This document shows positions 47,489-62,032 of a stretch of DNA of 64,000 nucleotides, one piece after another. Numbering within the stretch: position 1 is the first letter of the stretch; every line of letters starts with the position of its first letter. The position numbers and the translations under genes are program-made. The notes beneath the pieces were generated by a model. That model made no database searches. It had not been told where the DNA came from and saw nothing but the letters and a program-made list of their open reading frames with translations. The stretch is from contig CM059429.1 of the NCBI GenBank assembly GCA_030390025.1, positions 150,102,001-150,166,000 on the forward strand, written 5' to 3'. The stretch is from Squalus acanthias (lineage: Eukaryota).

Positions 47489-48470
47489 CTGGATTTCTAG
47501 CTTTTGAAGTGTGCAGATGAAAGTAATTTCAGAACATAGAGAATTATGTACATTATAAAAGCTAAGTATATTTGAGCAAAGAAAGTAAGTTTGGGCATTT
47601 TTTACCCTTAAATCAAGCATCTCAAATACTTTTAGGTTGGTAAGTGTTCAGTACAAAAGATGGTTTATGCTGAGTCAGTTGGGGTGTCACTAGGGATGTT
47701 CCAAATAGCCTTAGCAGACCTGGACTGGGAAGGGGAAAAATCAGCTATGGTTCCCTTTCTTGATTATTATTCAGTGACTTTGCGTGCTGGCAGGTACACA
47801 TGTGTTGGTTAGGTGAGGCCAGAATCAACTTGTCCTGGATGCCCTTCACAGTTGAATAGCCTGCTGACACTAAACTAGACTCACATATAAAGAATGGGCA
47901 CTTGGTCAATTATACCATTCTCTTGTCCAGGGCTTCCATCTCATTTATAATGAAGTTATTGGTTTTATTCGGGATAGCTGTGTTTGAGGAGGGTGGGTTG
48001 CTAACGTCTTCCCTTGTGATAACTTGGAGGAATGAGTCATTCAGAATTTTTACTATTTTGTGCTTGTCCTCAGTTTTGAGCCTGTTTGATTCTTTCATGG
48101 TTTTCACCTCATCTCTAACTGCCCTCTTGCTGTTGTGGTACCAAAAGAATGTTTTACTGTTACGCTGAGCTTTAGCTGCTATGCCTCTTTTCAGGTCTCT
48201 CTTTTCTCCTTTGATCACCCTTTTAATATATTTCTGCATTTGCTTGTATTCATTCCAATTCGACCCTTCTCCTTTATTCCTGCAGGATTTGTACAGACCA
48301 TTTTATTCCTTACCTTATAATGTATTTATCCTTCATGCTCCGCATTATACCTGGATTTCTAGCTTTCGAAGTGTGCAGATGAAAGTCATTTCAGAACATA
48401 GAGAATTATGTACATTATAAAAGCTAAGTATATTTAAGCAAAGAAAGTAAGTTTGGGCATTTTTTTACCC
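47489..48470 (+). repeat. About 120-bp direct duplication (47489-47607 and 48351-48470)
   Basis: ctggatttctagctt...gggcattttttaccc present twice with about 3 substitutions and 1 indel. Confidence 0.92.
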
Positions 48471-48650
48471 AATACTTTTTACCCACTATACATTTCTCTA
48501 CTACTGAAATGTTGTTGAACAACCTCCTCCAAATTCATTTGCTTTAACTGTTCCCTCTTTAAAGTTGTATACCTGGCTCCTGGTCTTGGGTATTTACAAC
48601 TTCACTTTCATTGCATCTCCTCGCTTCACAATTCAGCTAAAGTTATCAAC
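47910..48650 (-). mobile_element. Old CR1 ORF2 internal fragment
   Basis: KRVIKGEKRDL...NSKTFFWY..SKR...LNDSFLQVITRED, matching the CR1 region between endonuclease and RT. Confidence 0.75.
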
Positions 48651-48656
48651 TTGATC

Positions 48657-48925
48657 GGGGGCGATTTTGCCAGCCCTGGGGAGGCGGGACTGCCGGGAAA
48701 ATGGCAGAAATTGGGGGCGGGTGCCCAACCAGCCCCCAACCCACCTCTATGCCATCTTCCCAGGAGGTGGGTAGCTGTCCCGCGCCGGGTCCCATTTCCT
48801 TGGAGGCGGGAAGGGATTAAAACCTATTAACTGCCTGTTAACAGGTAGTTAACAGGCAGAAAATAGGATTATCCCCTTTTTGCCCTCACAAGTGAGGGGT
48901 TCCCGAAGGCTCCAAAACCCGCCAG
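48657..48925. mobile_element. Truncated Harbinger-type MITE
   Basis: Left end gggggcgattttgccagccc; homology stops at about 48925. Confidence 0.85.
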
Positions 48926-49363
48926 AATGAATGCAAGAATCAATTTATTACAATTTTATTTAACACGTTCTGTCTTTCACATAAATTTAATATTGTTTAA
49001 TCTATAGATGAATCTTGTGGAAGCAAGACATTTTTCACTCAAGTGCCAAAATTTGGATCAAAATGTTTCCTACAAAATAATTACCTAAAGTTTTGACAGT
49101 TGTACAGTGAATCTTTCACTGAAGCAGTTGGTCATTTGGCATTAACCTTCTCTTATTAAATGAAGAAATTATTTCTGGAATGCTAATGTTTAGATTTATG
49201 GTGCAATAAATTATCGTTAAGGATTTGATCGTACTTACTGCTGTTAAATAGAACATGTTGAATTCCAGCATGAAACAGTGCTTTCTTATGGAATAGTTGC
49301 AATCCCAAATACAAATCTCAGGTCTGTTTGGCACAGTCAGGAACAATGGAAAACAAAAACAAT

Positions 49364-50111
49364 GGCCCGTATTTTCCGATCGCAGGCCTCCCGCGGGCGG
49401 AGGCCTGCGATCTGGAAAAATCTGCGCCCTTACCTGAGGGCTCCCGGGACGCACACGTTTCTGCTCCTGGGCCTCTCCAAACTTGAAGTGCGCAGGGCCC
49501 ACGTATCCCAGGGGCGCAGGTAGTTTGCAGCATCCCTGGGATCACGTGGGCCATGGGGAGCCAATCACAGAAGGGAATCTCCCTTCATACACTTGACAGG
49601 AAGGCCTGTCAAATATATGAATGGAGATCACCCCAAAAACATAGTAAAACTTTAAATACATTTTTTTTTAAAATCACATTTTTAAAATGACTTGAAATTA
49701 CAATAAATTAAGTATTTTAAACAAAAATTTAAATTTTTGAAAAAAATAATTAAAGTTTTTTAGGGAGCTAAAAATAAACTTACCTTTTTTTAAAGTATTT
49801 TTAAATGATAAATCAGTGAGAAATTTTTGATTTTACTTTTTTCAACTCTTATCCTGGTAAAAGCAGGCCTTACGCCAGGCGTAAGAATTGTAAGGGTTTT
49901 CTGCGGGCGGAGGGTCTCCAAAAAGCAGAACTATTCGCCCGCAGAGGCCCTTCTCCAGGGCAGCCGGAGGATCTGTCAAGAGGATTCTTGACAGATCGGA
50001 AATGCCGGTTTTCAACGCATGCGCTTGGCATGCCTGAAACCGGCATTTCCGATGTCCCTACGGGTGGATACACAGCGCGTACCCACCCGTAGGGATCGGA
50101 ATATCCGGGCC
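49364..50111. mobile_element. MITE, AT-core family
   Basis: 18-bp TIRs ggcccgtattttccgatc / gatcggaatatccgggcc; TSD AAT. Confidence 0.9.
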
Positions 50112-51332
50112 AATATTACAGTTCAGTTTCTTTCACATGCCAGGAGAAAGAGATACCAGGATATTTGAAATATACTCTGCTTTGAATCATTGAAGATTTC
50201 AAATATCCATTTATTTAAGTTTGTGGTTTTGAGCTGCTGCATATCTAAGATCACAAAGATAAACCTGTACAAGCAGCTTAAAAAAAGTCCTGTTTTTTCC
50301 AATTATTTTCATTTTGCGGAATTGGTGTGCAGAAGGTATAAGTAACTAGAATTCCACACAAGTAAACTGGTATTGTACAATGCGAATTGGCTTAAATATA
50401 TTGTATATGGTTGAATTCCTATGTCTCCAGTACAAAGCTGCACATTAGCCTTTTTTCCCCTAAGTGCTAGATTGTGCTTCTAATTTTTACTGGTCCACTT
50501 TGTCTAAATGACTTCTCAAGACCATTTTTCAATATTTTAATGAATAATTGTAATAATTTGCTGTGGCAAGGTTTATTGTCCCAGTGCTGATAATTCCATG
50601 CGCGCATTTCTGTTATATAGAAAATCTAGATGGTGCATAACAGAAAAAAATGACAAAATAATTGAGTTTAAATTTCAATTTATTAAACACTTGCCTATCA
50701 TCCACAGGCCATTGGCTTTTGAGAGATGGGGTCAAGTCATCTCTCAGACTCACCTTTGTTCATTCGGGGAGTTCTGCCAGTTTTAGAAGTTGATATTGGA
50801 TAAATGGAGTGCTTGATAGAAGTAGAATGCTCCATCTGTTGGATGGGGGTGGGGGGGCGGAGCAAGTCGGGTGGGCAGAGGGGTGTAGGAAACACCGACA
50901 TCCAGATTACCATGTTTGAGTCTCATCTATTGCTGGCAGACTGTAGAGGAGAATTGATTGAACTTACGGGGATGCTAACTGCCAAGGCCATCCGGTTGTT
51001 CCAGATGGAGGTGATGTTTGGCACATGTGGTCTTAAAAGTGAGAGAAATGAGGGGAAGAATCAAGTAATAATCTCATATTGTTTCACCCTTAAGGGGTGA
51101 GGCCATGAGGGGATTTAAACATAAGGATGACAATTTTAAATTTGAGGTGTTGGGGGACCAGGAGCCAATCTATGTCAGTGAGGATAGGGTGATGGGCGAG
51201 TGGGATTGTTTCTCATTAATCAACCTCTCGATACAAACCAAATAGACTGTCGCCCAAACCAGGGAAAGGCACAGGGATACTGTCTTAAATTAATAGTTTG
51301 ATTACATACAGTAGCTGCGTAGACATATGGGG

Positions 51333-51426
51333 TAACAACAGAAAATGCTGGAAACACTCAGTAGGGTCAGACAGCATCGAGGAGAGAGCAACAGAGTCTA
51401 CGTTTCGAGTCGGGGACCCTTCGTTG
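51333..51426 (-). mobile_element. Single-arm Penelope-derived element with decayed hammerhead
   Basis: Minus strand ccaACGA agggtccccgactc GAAAcgTA...; flanked by 11-bp direct repeat gacatatgggg. Confidence 0.75.
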
Positions 51427-51863
51427 GACATATGGGGGGGTCATTTTCATTTTCGACGTGGACGGTATATTGGCAGATGTGGATCAGGCACCTGTTGTAT
51501 GTCCCAATTTTCCTTGAACTGAAAATCGGGTGCGACAATCGTGGCTGATCCACAACTGCCTGCTCACCGCCCACAGTGGAAGTGAAAATTACTCCCCATG
51601 CTCTTCTCAATACATTTCAGCTTTGATTCTGATGTTGCACTTTAGTTCTTTTTTCCTGTTGTCGGCAGCATTTTATTCTGTTGCTGAAAAGATGTAACTT
51701 TTCAATATTTAATTTAGTTTTAATTAGAGTTGCTAATATTTTGCCATCACTTTGCAAAATTTGTTCAGAAATTAAGAGTTTTCAAACCGTCTACATACAC
51801 ATTCATGTTGATTACTATTGTGTTGTATTGTCTTTTGCTACAGCCTCACACAACCTGCCCTAA

Positions 51864-52678
51864 GGGGGCGATTTTGCCAGCCCTAGGGAGGCGGGTATGG
51901 AGGCGGGACTGCCGGGAAAATGGCAGAATTTGGAGGCGGGTGCCCAACCCGCCCCCAACCCGCCCCGTGCCATCTTCCCAGGAGGCGGGCAGCCGTCCCG
52001 CGCTGGGTCCCGTCTCCTTAGAGGCAGGAAGGGATTAAAGCCTATTAACTGCATATTAACAAGTAGTTAACAGGCAGAAAATAGGATTATCCCCTTTTTG
52101 CCCTCACAAGTGCGGGCTTCCCAAAGGCTCCAAAACACGCCAGCTCAGCTCAGCGAGTACTGGGTCTGGGGGGTGCAAAAGTGTGGTGTGAAGGTAAGTG
52201 ATGGGTGCAAGAGTGTAGAGGTGAGTATCTGAGGTAAGTGCAAAGTGTTTTTAAAAGTGTACTTACCTTTGTTTCTTCCTGCAGGCTTCAGTCAGTGTGT
52301 ATGCGGAGACTCTCGGACCTCCGTGTTGCAGATGAGAGATGGCCGTTGCATTCTCAGATGCAACAACCATCTCATTTCTGTAAAATAAAGAAGTTTGGTG
52401 AGGTCTTGAATGCAAGACCTCATCAAACTGCAGAGAATGTCACTGTTTAACAGCTTCACAGAGCTGTCAAACGATGACAATTCATCTTGAAACGTCATAC
52501 GTTGACGTTCTCTGCAACCGGCTTTCCCTTAATTGGCCTGCTAGACCCGCTGGGCGGGCTTAACAAGGTCAATCAAGGGAAAATAACGTGGGTTAGCCAC
52601 AAATCGATGGAGGCGGGACATCGACCCGCCAAGCAGCAGTCCCGCCTCCAACGCGCCCCCATTAATAAAATCGCCCCC
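51864..52678. mobile_element. Harbinger-type MITE (GGAGGCGGG family)
   Basis: TIRs gggggcgatttt / aaaatcgccccc; TSD TAA. Confidence 0.93.
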
Positions 52679-53309
52679 TAAGCTTCTAACGGCTAGTTCC
52701 CCATGAAGCACAAGAAATATTCGAATTTAAAAAATAGAGCACAGGTCAAAATGTTCCCTCTCAAAATATCAATGCTCATCAAAAACACTAGTGTTCTGTT
52801 GCATGGCAAATCAGAAAACTGAGAAAAACGTGTTGGGGTTCTCTGGACCTTGCAGAATCCAACAGTGCTCACTCTTAAAAAATTCTTTGCCTGCCAGCAT
52901 TGGCGTGCAGACCACTGCATCAGTAGCCAGAGTGTCACTGTCGAGCCACTTTTGTTCTCCGAAGAACCTCAGCTAGTATCTCGGTAAGAGAAACTTCAAC
53001 TCTTATTTTACCTTTGGCCAATACCCCAATGGTCAGAGAGAGATTAACTGAAGTTCTGGTTCCATTTTCACAGAAATTGAGTGGGAGATTTTCATCAGCT
53101 CCAAGTTTGAAAATGTTCTACTTTAAACCAGTTTAGCCACTAGATTTCCCCATGGTCTTTAACAGTGCTATCCTCGTTTTTTTTTTAACTGGATCTTATG
53201 TTAGGAATCTCCCTAAACATCAATACTTGGTATATGATCTGAATGTAGCTTACAAAAACTAGTGCTTTAGCCAGATCTAGGAGTATTTCTCAAATTAAAA
53301 CTCAAATCA

Positions 53310-53650
53310 GGTTCTCTCCAATGGTTCAATGAGCAGTGGCACCATTCAGAACAAGGTAAAATCCTATGTTTAATCCCCTTAGTCTGTGTTGCGATAGCTG
53401 ACCTCAATCAGACAGTGAAAGGGATGTTATAATTGGCCTCCTGATTGCTATTCAGTGACAACTCCTGGAAGTGAGCGTGTGTAGACATTGGATAAGTGCA
53501 GGATCAGACTTAGTTTTGATGCTCTCTTGGCACCACTCAGTGTCAAGGCTCACTCAATGATAAAGTAGCCAGTTGGGTGAGGTACCAGAAGCCAACCTAT
53601 GCCCACGGAACCAATACCCCAGCAATAAGTCCATGCCTTTGGGAGAGGAG
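53310..53650 (+). mobile_element. Ancient SINE-like repeat (second copy at about 47665-47905)
   Basis: Shares tgattgctattcagtgac...gtgtgt...ggatc...gatgc...ctcac with 47665-47905; tRNA-like head suspected. Confidence 0.5.
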
Positions 53651-56600
53651 GGAGGGGAGAGGGATTTGTAGCGAAAACTGGCAAGGAAAAAAGATGAAGA
53701 AATAAATCTTGCAACAAATTGCTTCAGATGCTCTAATTAACTGAAAATATTTTGCAGCCTGCTGTGTTCATAAGTACTACAATGGTAAAAGGAAGACTTT
53801 TCTTAAATTATAATTTTACTAATGCAGCTGCTGACCATAGGTCTGCAGACAGTGTTTAGATACTCCAGGATTTGTGATTCTGCCCCTTACTTTTGGATTA
53901 TGTTTGCAGTATGGTGTGGGGTGGTGGGGGGGGGGAATACAAGGAGATGCATTTTCATGGCCCAGTAATTGAGTGATATTTGCAGATGAAGTGTGTGGTT
54001 AGATAGGGGAGCAGCTGGCATATCAACAAACGTAATTTGGCAAAGCATTGGATTAGAAACCTGGCCTTCTCCTTTGATAAACAGCATTCATTAAAAGCTG
54101 CAGGCTTCACTAATCGCAAACATGGCAGTGTAATATAATGCACAATGGAACTAGCTCGAAGGGAAAAGCAACAAATTGGCCAAAAAGTTGGGAAGATAAA
54201 GTTTATTTTTAATATCAAAGTCGAAAAACTTACTGCTACAATGTCCGTGACCATTGTGTCCATAATTGAGACTTGTAACAGCTATAGTATCTCATTCTAA
54301 TGGATGAACTTTGGTGACTTTTTTTCCTGGCTGCCAGTACAAACTTGTTTGGTGGGCCTGTTTTTAAAAGCGCCCCTTTGAGTTTCAGCACAAGTGACAC
54401 TTTTTAAAACTTCAATATGTAAAGTGAAAGCAAATGATTCAAGAGCTGCTGGAGATCACCCTCAGCATCAATCTCAATTGCTACCACAGACATTGAACAA
54501 GCCGAACAGTTTGAGAAAAGCCAAGATTTGGTAATCATTTTTATAACACATAAATGATCTTGCAAGCTTTACTAACTGTGACCTTGATTCCAAATTATAG
54601 AGAGTCCTCACTTCGATGAAAGCAGTCAAAATTAAACTTAGATTATTTTTAGCTCCCTGGTTTTTCTCTTTACCCAAGTTCCTGAAAGCTGTGACATTTA
54701 CTGGTGTGGTTCCTTGTGCAGCAGCTACCCTTCAGTACCTGCCCCAAACAGCCATTCTTCTTGTGAGCCTAGATGATGAGCGTTGGCAGGCTTGGGCTAT
54801 TTGAAAATGCGGAGGGGGGGGGAGTGGGCATTACATCTTGCCTTCACCCAGTGTCCACGTATGCCCACTTTGCAGTAGGGTTAATGGATGGTGACCAGAG
54901 ATCCTGCACCCTGCTTTGATTTCCAGCTAGTGACTATTGCCTTTGGAGTTAAACCCATCAGAGAACAGTGAAATTTGACTTAATAACAATTAAATTGTGC
55001 ATGGTAGTTAGGATTATCTACTGTCTCCAGATTGGAACAAAGATAAAGATTTTTTTTTGCTGCAGCAGACACTGTAGGACCAATTTTATGTGCTATTTTT
55101 TACAGAATTGCTTCCACCAGTATTGTCTTACATTTGTGTGTACGAACATACTTCATTTGTTTCCTGTCCTCTGTCTCAACTGGAGTTTAAATAATGGTAG
55201 TGCAGCAAATGCTATATAATATGCAGGATAGCAAATGTTTGTTTGAATTTGTTGCATAAGACAGATGGCCAAAAAGGAGTACAGATTTTCTGACATAAGC
55301 AAGGAGACAGCAGAAACGCTGTCATGGGATTATTGCACCCAACCGATTCACACATGGCCAACTCTGAATCTTTGGATCAGGCCTTATTAAGCATTCATAG
55401 TGAGGTCCTAGTGTGCAATCCATCAGTATTTTGGAGCTTGTTGTTTAAGAGATGGGGTATCCAGTGCTGACGCAGGCTTTCAAAGGTCTGCGGCAGGCTT
55501 TTCAAGGTCGCCATTGTTGATGTTCTGCACACTTGGAAAAATGGCAGTTTGAAAGATTCCTTGCTGCCTGGATGTCTGCTGTGAGGATTGGTGCCAAAGT
55601 GCACATACTGAGTGCATGCCTTAGCAAAGCCTTGATGACACTCTGGATTCAGTACTGCATCAAGTAATGGCTCACTCCTGCCAGGTCCCTCATGGATGGC
55701 TGAAACGATCCCAAGGAATAAAAATTCAAAGCTGTGGTCACTCACTCTATACTGGCCTCCTGATTGGATCACACTTAGTAATCATAGGCATTGCATGTAG
55801 TGCTTTGCAGTTCTCTGCAGATAATTGGTTCTGAAGTGGTAGACAGATTCCTGGGTTTCCCGGGTCTTGGGAAACCCAGCAGCTAAAGGGAGATGAGAAG
55901 TACTGCATGGAACAGGTAAGTGCTTGTCCAGCACTGCTTGTGGGCCAGGAGGAGCAGGAATGCTTCCCCCAAGCCCACCAAGCAAACCTGTTACCCTCCC
56001 CAGCGATCTGACGCCCTTCCCCCACCCCCCCGGCGATCCTATGCCCTCCCGATGTCCTCCATGGCCCACCATCTCCTCCCAGCCCCCTCCCTCTTCCATG
56101 TCCTCCACGGGCCTCCTGCAATCTTCTCCCCATTTCCCTTGATCTCTCCATCCCCACTCCATCGATGTCTCCCCCACCCGCCCCGACCCCCAATCTCTCC
56201 CTCCCTCCTCTCCGCTCCCCGGCTGTGGCCTAATGCCGCAGGCCTACCCACCTGACAGCCAGCCAGCCTCTCAAGCTGGCTGGCTTCTGCCGGGAAACGC
56301 ATTCCAAAAATGGTAATCAGGACCTACCATTAAATTCAGCAGGACCTGAGGGAAACTTGTTCTTCCGCATTTCCGTACTGCAAAACTGCCCGCTCCCCAC
56401 TCCCTCCCTGTTAATATTGGGGCCTAAGTGTTAAAATGATGGTACAGTTCTTGCCGACCTGTTTGTGCATTGATGATGTCCACCATCATTTCGCCTCTGG
56501 CTAGGATCTGGGAGACCCAGATTCTGGCATCAGCTGGAAGAAATATTTAAATCCGGGTTCTACAATGCAAATAGGACCCCTGCTGCAATTCTAACAGGAA

Positions 56601-56704
56601 ACAGTGGAACAGCCTCTGAGTACAAGACCCACCCAGGAGACTCAGGAAGCAGACAGGCCATTTGGAGCAATTTTTAAAAGAGCAGTGCTGAATTTGTTCC
56701 TATG

Positions 56705-56870
56705 TTCAAGTGGATGTAAAAGATCCCATGGCACTATTCAAAGAAGAGCAGAGGAGTTCTCTCAGCGTCCAACATTTATCCCTGAAACAGCAACTCCAAA
56801 AAAAAAATGCACACAAAATAAGTGGCCATTTATCTCATTGCTTTCTGTAGGACCCTGCTATATGCGTGCA
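56705..56870 (+). mobile_element. DeuSINE fragment
   Basis: ggatgtaaaagatcccatggcactattcaaagaagagcag core. Confidence 0.7.
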
Positions 56871-58776
56871 AATTCTTTATCGGTACTCATTTTTGTTGGC
56901 ATTTTTGTGTGGTGTGTTTATTCGTCAGTTTTCCTCTTATTCATGCCATTTACATCACTAGTGACTCCTTTTAATAAAAAAAATAGTTTTAAACAAATAA
57001 TTTTATAATACACTTTTGTAAGTTTAGTAAAGGTTTGAATCACTCTTCATTCTGTACAGTGAGAGATGAAACTTGAGATTCACTGCCATAGCATCATGCT
57101 GCATCAGAGCACCTGTCCCATTGTTTCTTTTAAATTCCATTTATTTTAAATTAGACCTTCAAATCGTGTATCTTTATGATTAAAAAGTTTCTCAAATGAA
57201 TTGCAGCATAGTAGTTATGTTACAATTACCATTTTGAAAATCCTTACCCAGTCTTGGCAATACGCCACTTTCAGTTGTCTTACTATTTAGAATTAAGTTT
57301 ACCAATTGAAGTCACATAATGTATGATTTGTTTTGTAGTCTTAAGTTTTCCACGGAGCCATCCATCCGGAAGTTCCACATGTAGCTCTGCTCCCAGATCA
57401 GGCTGAACACTAAATTTATGGAACTGGATGGCATGGTGGGTTTGCGTGGTGGTGTTTCAATCTCAGTCTGGCATCAGAGTTTGAATTCCGCTCGGGCACA
57501 CGTCATAAAACTGTCTCTGTCTGCTGCCTGCAAGGGTCCAATATGAAATTAGTTTGAGCAGCCCAATTTAATTGCTGAATAAAAAGTGCCTTTGAAGAAG
57601 GAACTATAAGCAGTGCATGTTATCGGAGGTTGTGGAATATCAGCAAATGACATAGTGTGTATTACAGCAAGAAGTAATGTACTTAATTCCCAAAGCTTAA
57701 GGAATAGTGAGCAGCTTGTTTCCCCCCCCCCCAAACGAAACAAAATGCGCTTTAGAAGGTACTGATGTTATGTTGGGGGAAGGGGAGATCAAATTACACT
57801 CGGAATAATAGATGGAGACAGCTAAACTGTCAGTCAAAAAGAGGGATCTGTGATGATCTGAAATTGATGCCATTAACGACAGCGTTTTTGCAGAGCAACC
57901 GGTTGCAAGAGAAGTAAACAGTTGCGCTCTTATTCTGCGTCTTTAACATTTCACATTAACGGTGACGAATGGTAAAGATACTGTGAATTTTGGCCTCCAC
58001 TTATGTTTAACTTTTTCCTGAAAATAAACGTACAGTTTTGACAGACTGCCACCACTGCACACCAGAAGACAGTGATCTCATTGTGAATTCTGGAAGCACA
58101 TGGCATAACTACACTCAAATGATTGAAGAGCACGACATGCTGAACAGATGTAAAAACCTTGTGATTCATGAGTTTCAGCAGTAACGTTATATTTTTGCAT
58201 GCAGTTGCATTGCCTCTAGAAGTGATGCACTATGCCTGATATTTTCTTATGAATAGGGGAACTATTTGAAAAATGCAAGTGCTGTTTCTATTTTAGTTAT
58301 TTGGCTAAGAGTAGTGTTTTCATTACTCTTTATGCGAGTGCTCACAGATCCTAAACTGTACCAGGAAAGGGTGGAGGGGGGGGAGGCGAGGAATTATCAA
58401 CATTATGCAGTATAATTAGAGCTTCATACTCCAGTTCTACAAGGCCTTGAGGGCTTGAAAACCAAATAAAAATAAAAGTAAACAGTGAAAAACATATTGT
58501 AAATAAACCATCTGTATTGATAAAAACACTTTGGATAGATTGAAACTAAATGCACTGTTCCTGGCCATGACTAGAAACCAGCCGTAAGTTGTTTAATTGC
58601 TTTTAAAAGAAGGAAATGCTTTGAAAGCGCTTAACCATCTTAAAATAAGCCTCCGGCAGGTGATGCTGTGGAGCACAGTGCCACATGCTGGGAGGACTCC
58701 AATCGGGTAAATCTAATGGATGGAGAGAGTTTGGATGAAGAATAGACCTGATGAAAATGACAGAAGTAGAAATTAA

Positions 58777-59610
58777 GGGCTGGATTTTACCAGCCCTGAG
58801 GAGGTGGGGTTGGAGGCAGGACTGGTGGGAAAATGGGAAAAGTTGGGAGCGGGTCCCAACCCACCTCCGAACCATCTTCCCGGGAGGCGGGTCCCCGACT
58901 CGCGCGGGGACCTGTCTCTTTGAGGCAGGAAGGGGATTAGAGCCAATTAACTGCCTGTTAACAGGTAGTTAACAGGTAGTTAAGAGGCTTTTTCCCATTT
59001 TACACCTGCTGATGCTGGCTTCCCGACGTCGGGAAACCCCGCCAGGGTCAACGAGGCGAGCAGTGGGTCTGCGGGGGTGAGAGGGGTCCAAATGTCCGCT
59101 GTAGAGGTGAGTGATGGGTGCAAGTGTGGACAGGTAAATATGAGAGGTGAGTGTAAAGTGTTGGAAAAAGTTTCCTTACCTTTGCTTCTTCCTGCAGGCT
59201 TCAACCCTTGGAGATCCGGAGGTGCCTCATCTCAACGGCAGAGATGACAGAATGGCTGCTGCATTCTCAGATGCAGCAGCCATCTGCTTTCTGCTGAGGA
59301 GAGAGGTTTTGGTGAGCCTTCTGTGCAAGGGCTCACCTTAGAACAGAGATTGTCAGTGTTTCACAGCTTCTCAAAGCTGTCAAACGCTGACAATTCATCT
59401 GTCAAAATTTTTTCGACATATGAAGCGTCATACGCTGACGCCATCTGTCACCGGCTTTCCCTTAATTGGCCGGCTAAACCCGCAGGTTGGGCTTAACAAA
59501 GCCAATCAGGGAAAATAGCATGGGTTCATCAGATGTCGCTGGGGGCGGGACTGAAACCCGATAAACAGCAGTCCAGCCTCCAGCACGTCTCCATTAACAA
59601 AATCCCGGCC
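58777..59610. mobile_element. Harbinger-type MITE (GGAGGCGGG family, divergent subfamily)
   Basis: Ends gggctggatttt / aaaatcccggcc; TSD TAA. Confidence 0.9.
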
Positions 59611-60994
59611 TAAGTGTTACTTTACAGAAACATGAGAATTGCGTAGTATATCCAAGGTTTTTAATATATTACTGGCTGAAGTACTATGGCAGGCAAGCAT
59701 TGAGGCAGGTCCTAACATCAGGGAGTAATAGGAGGGTCCTAGAGAGTAGGGGCATTGGGGGTGGTCCTGGGGTATGGAAGAACTGGGAGAGCAGTCTAAG
59801 ATTTTGTTAGAACTGGGAGAGGATTCCTGGGATCTGGGAGCAGAGGGAAGGTTCTGCACAGGGGGTCCAGGACGATTGGAGAGGGAGACCAGGCAGCATA
59901 GAGAGGCAGAGTCCAGCAGTATTGGGGGAATTCCCAGGGTCTAACTATATTAGGGGCCCATGAGAATGTGGCCAATACTGTCCATGGCCCCTTTTGGACT
60001 ATCAGGAACCCACATCACTTTTTCTTCTTGTCAGCCAGTTCCTACCTTAAAGCAGTTTATAAGCTGGCAAACTCAATATTAGTAAGTGTGCCAACTATAA
60101 AGTCTTTAGCAACATTTCTGTGAATAAAATTACCACATAAAATGCAGAAAAGTTCAGCGTTTACACAGTGGTTATACAATGGCTTGCTGTCTTTCTCAGA
60201 AGAGAAAGAATTTTTAACTGATTTTAGAGCCAAAATGAAGATAGGAGGGGCTTGTCATGATTGACATGGATAACAGCCAATTAGGAGGAAACTGCTAGTT
60301 CAAATTCATCTTCCTTTGTTTATATCACTTGAAAAAACTGAAATACCTTTTGATTTTGAAACTAAAAATGAATCCATTCTTGACACAGAATTTTTGTCTT
60401 GCTTTCTAAATATTAACAAAGAAATCACAGATGTTGTCTGTGAGCTAAAATTGAATAGTTCAGAATAGAAAAGGAGCAGTTAATATTTTAAATATGAAAC
60501 TTGCCTGAAATAAAACTTTAAAAATGCAATTTCCTGTTTGAAAGTCTTTTGGAAAATGCAAAGAAACTCAAATCCTCGCAGGATGAGGGGATACAACCTT
60601 TCACCCTTAACTCGGAGAAACCCACTGATGAATGCTGTGAAATTCAACAAATTGTAAATGCTGAAAATATACAAATGTGATTGATAAACCACTTCAGTGG
60701 ATCTAGGGAGAAATATCTAGTCAAAGGCCAGGCTTTTGAGATAGGCTGAGTCCTTGAAGTAAAAATTTTGAAGCTATTAAAAGACTTAACAAAAAAACAA
60801 TTACATGGGTAAATTTAGATTTTAGAAATTTCAGTTACTGAGAAAACAGAATGGTGAATGAAATTGTTTTTCAAAGTGTTTTGATTAGCTCATCTTTTTT
60901 AATTGTTATGTTCTCCTGACTTGTCATTCCAAATTGGTTGTGCCCATTAGTCTTTGGTGCTTTCTCATTGGTGATTTTTTCCCAATAGCACCAG

Positions 60995-61323
60995 CCTTGA
61001 CAGAGTGGTAACCTCTTATGTCAGCAGGTAGTGGGCTCACACTCCATTCCAGAGACTTGCGTTCATGACCCGAATGAATGCTGCGTTGTTGGAGGTGCCA
61101 TCTTTCAGATGAGACGTTAAACTGATGCCCGGTCTGCCCTCTCAGGTCGACGTGAAAGATCCCTTGGCACTATTTTGAAGAAGAGCAGGGGAGTTTCCCC
61201 GCTGTCCTGGCCAATATTTATCCCTCAATCAATATCACTAAAACAGATTATCTGGTTATTATCACATTGCTGTTTGTGGGAGCTTGCTATGTACAAAATG
61301 ACTGCCATGTTTCCTACATTACA
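60995..61323 (+). mobile_element. DeuSINE (SacSINE1-like)
   Basis: Decayed tRNA-like head followed by the Deu core gacgtgaaagatcccttggcactattttgaagaagagcagggg. Confidence 0.75.
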
Positions 61324-62032
61324 AGAGAAAAAGAGACAAATCCATGGATGGAGTAGGCGAGAGAGAGCAAAAAGCATAATACACACAGGGATTGAGTGTG
61401 CGGGAGAGAGGGAAACAAATACACATAGAAATAGAAAGAGTCTGGTTTTTATCTACTCGGTCCCATCCCTTCATAATTTTAAACACCTGTATCAAATCCC
61501 CCCATAATCTACTCTGTTTTAATGATTTTTCATGTCTTTCTTCGTATTTGTATTTCTTCATACCATGGTTCATCCTACTGAATTTGCACTGTACCCTCTA
61601 TTGCCTCAACATCCTTCCTCTCGTGTGAAACCCCAAAACTGTGGTTTTACCAAGGTTTTATATAGATTCATCATCATCTTAACTTTTATATTCTATGGGC
61701 TAGAAACTCGTGGCCATAGCGTCACTCCATAGCGCCTATAAATGGCACTAAAACGGCGGTGGCCACTCTTTCGCCAGCTGCTGGTGGGTCCCATGGCGGC
61801 TGCCATTTTCATCCTTACCTTTGCACTGCCGGTAACTGGCAGCGCCATCCCGAACAAGATGACGGCGTTGTGACGTATGGCTGTGTTGTAACGGTAAATC
61901 GGCGTGCAATGCCGACTTACCGTTACAAGCGCGAACTTCAACCCTAGCGCTAAATTAAGCGCTAGGTCCTAAGCACGCCAGGTTAACCTGCCATGCAAGC
62001 AGGCTGACCATGGCGATGTCTGCACCTATTAA

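Noticed and set aside
55920-56302. Pro/Gly-rich ORFs
   Set aside because: Low-complexity pyrimidine-rich interior of a decayed non-autonomous repeat.
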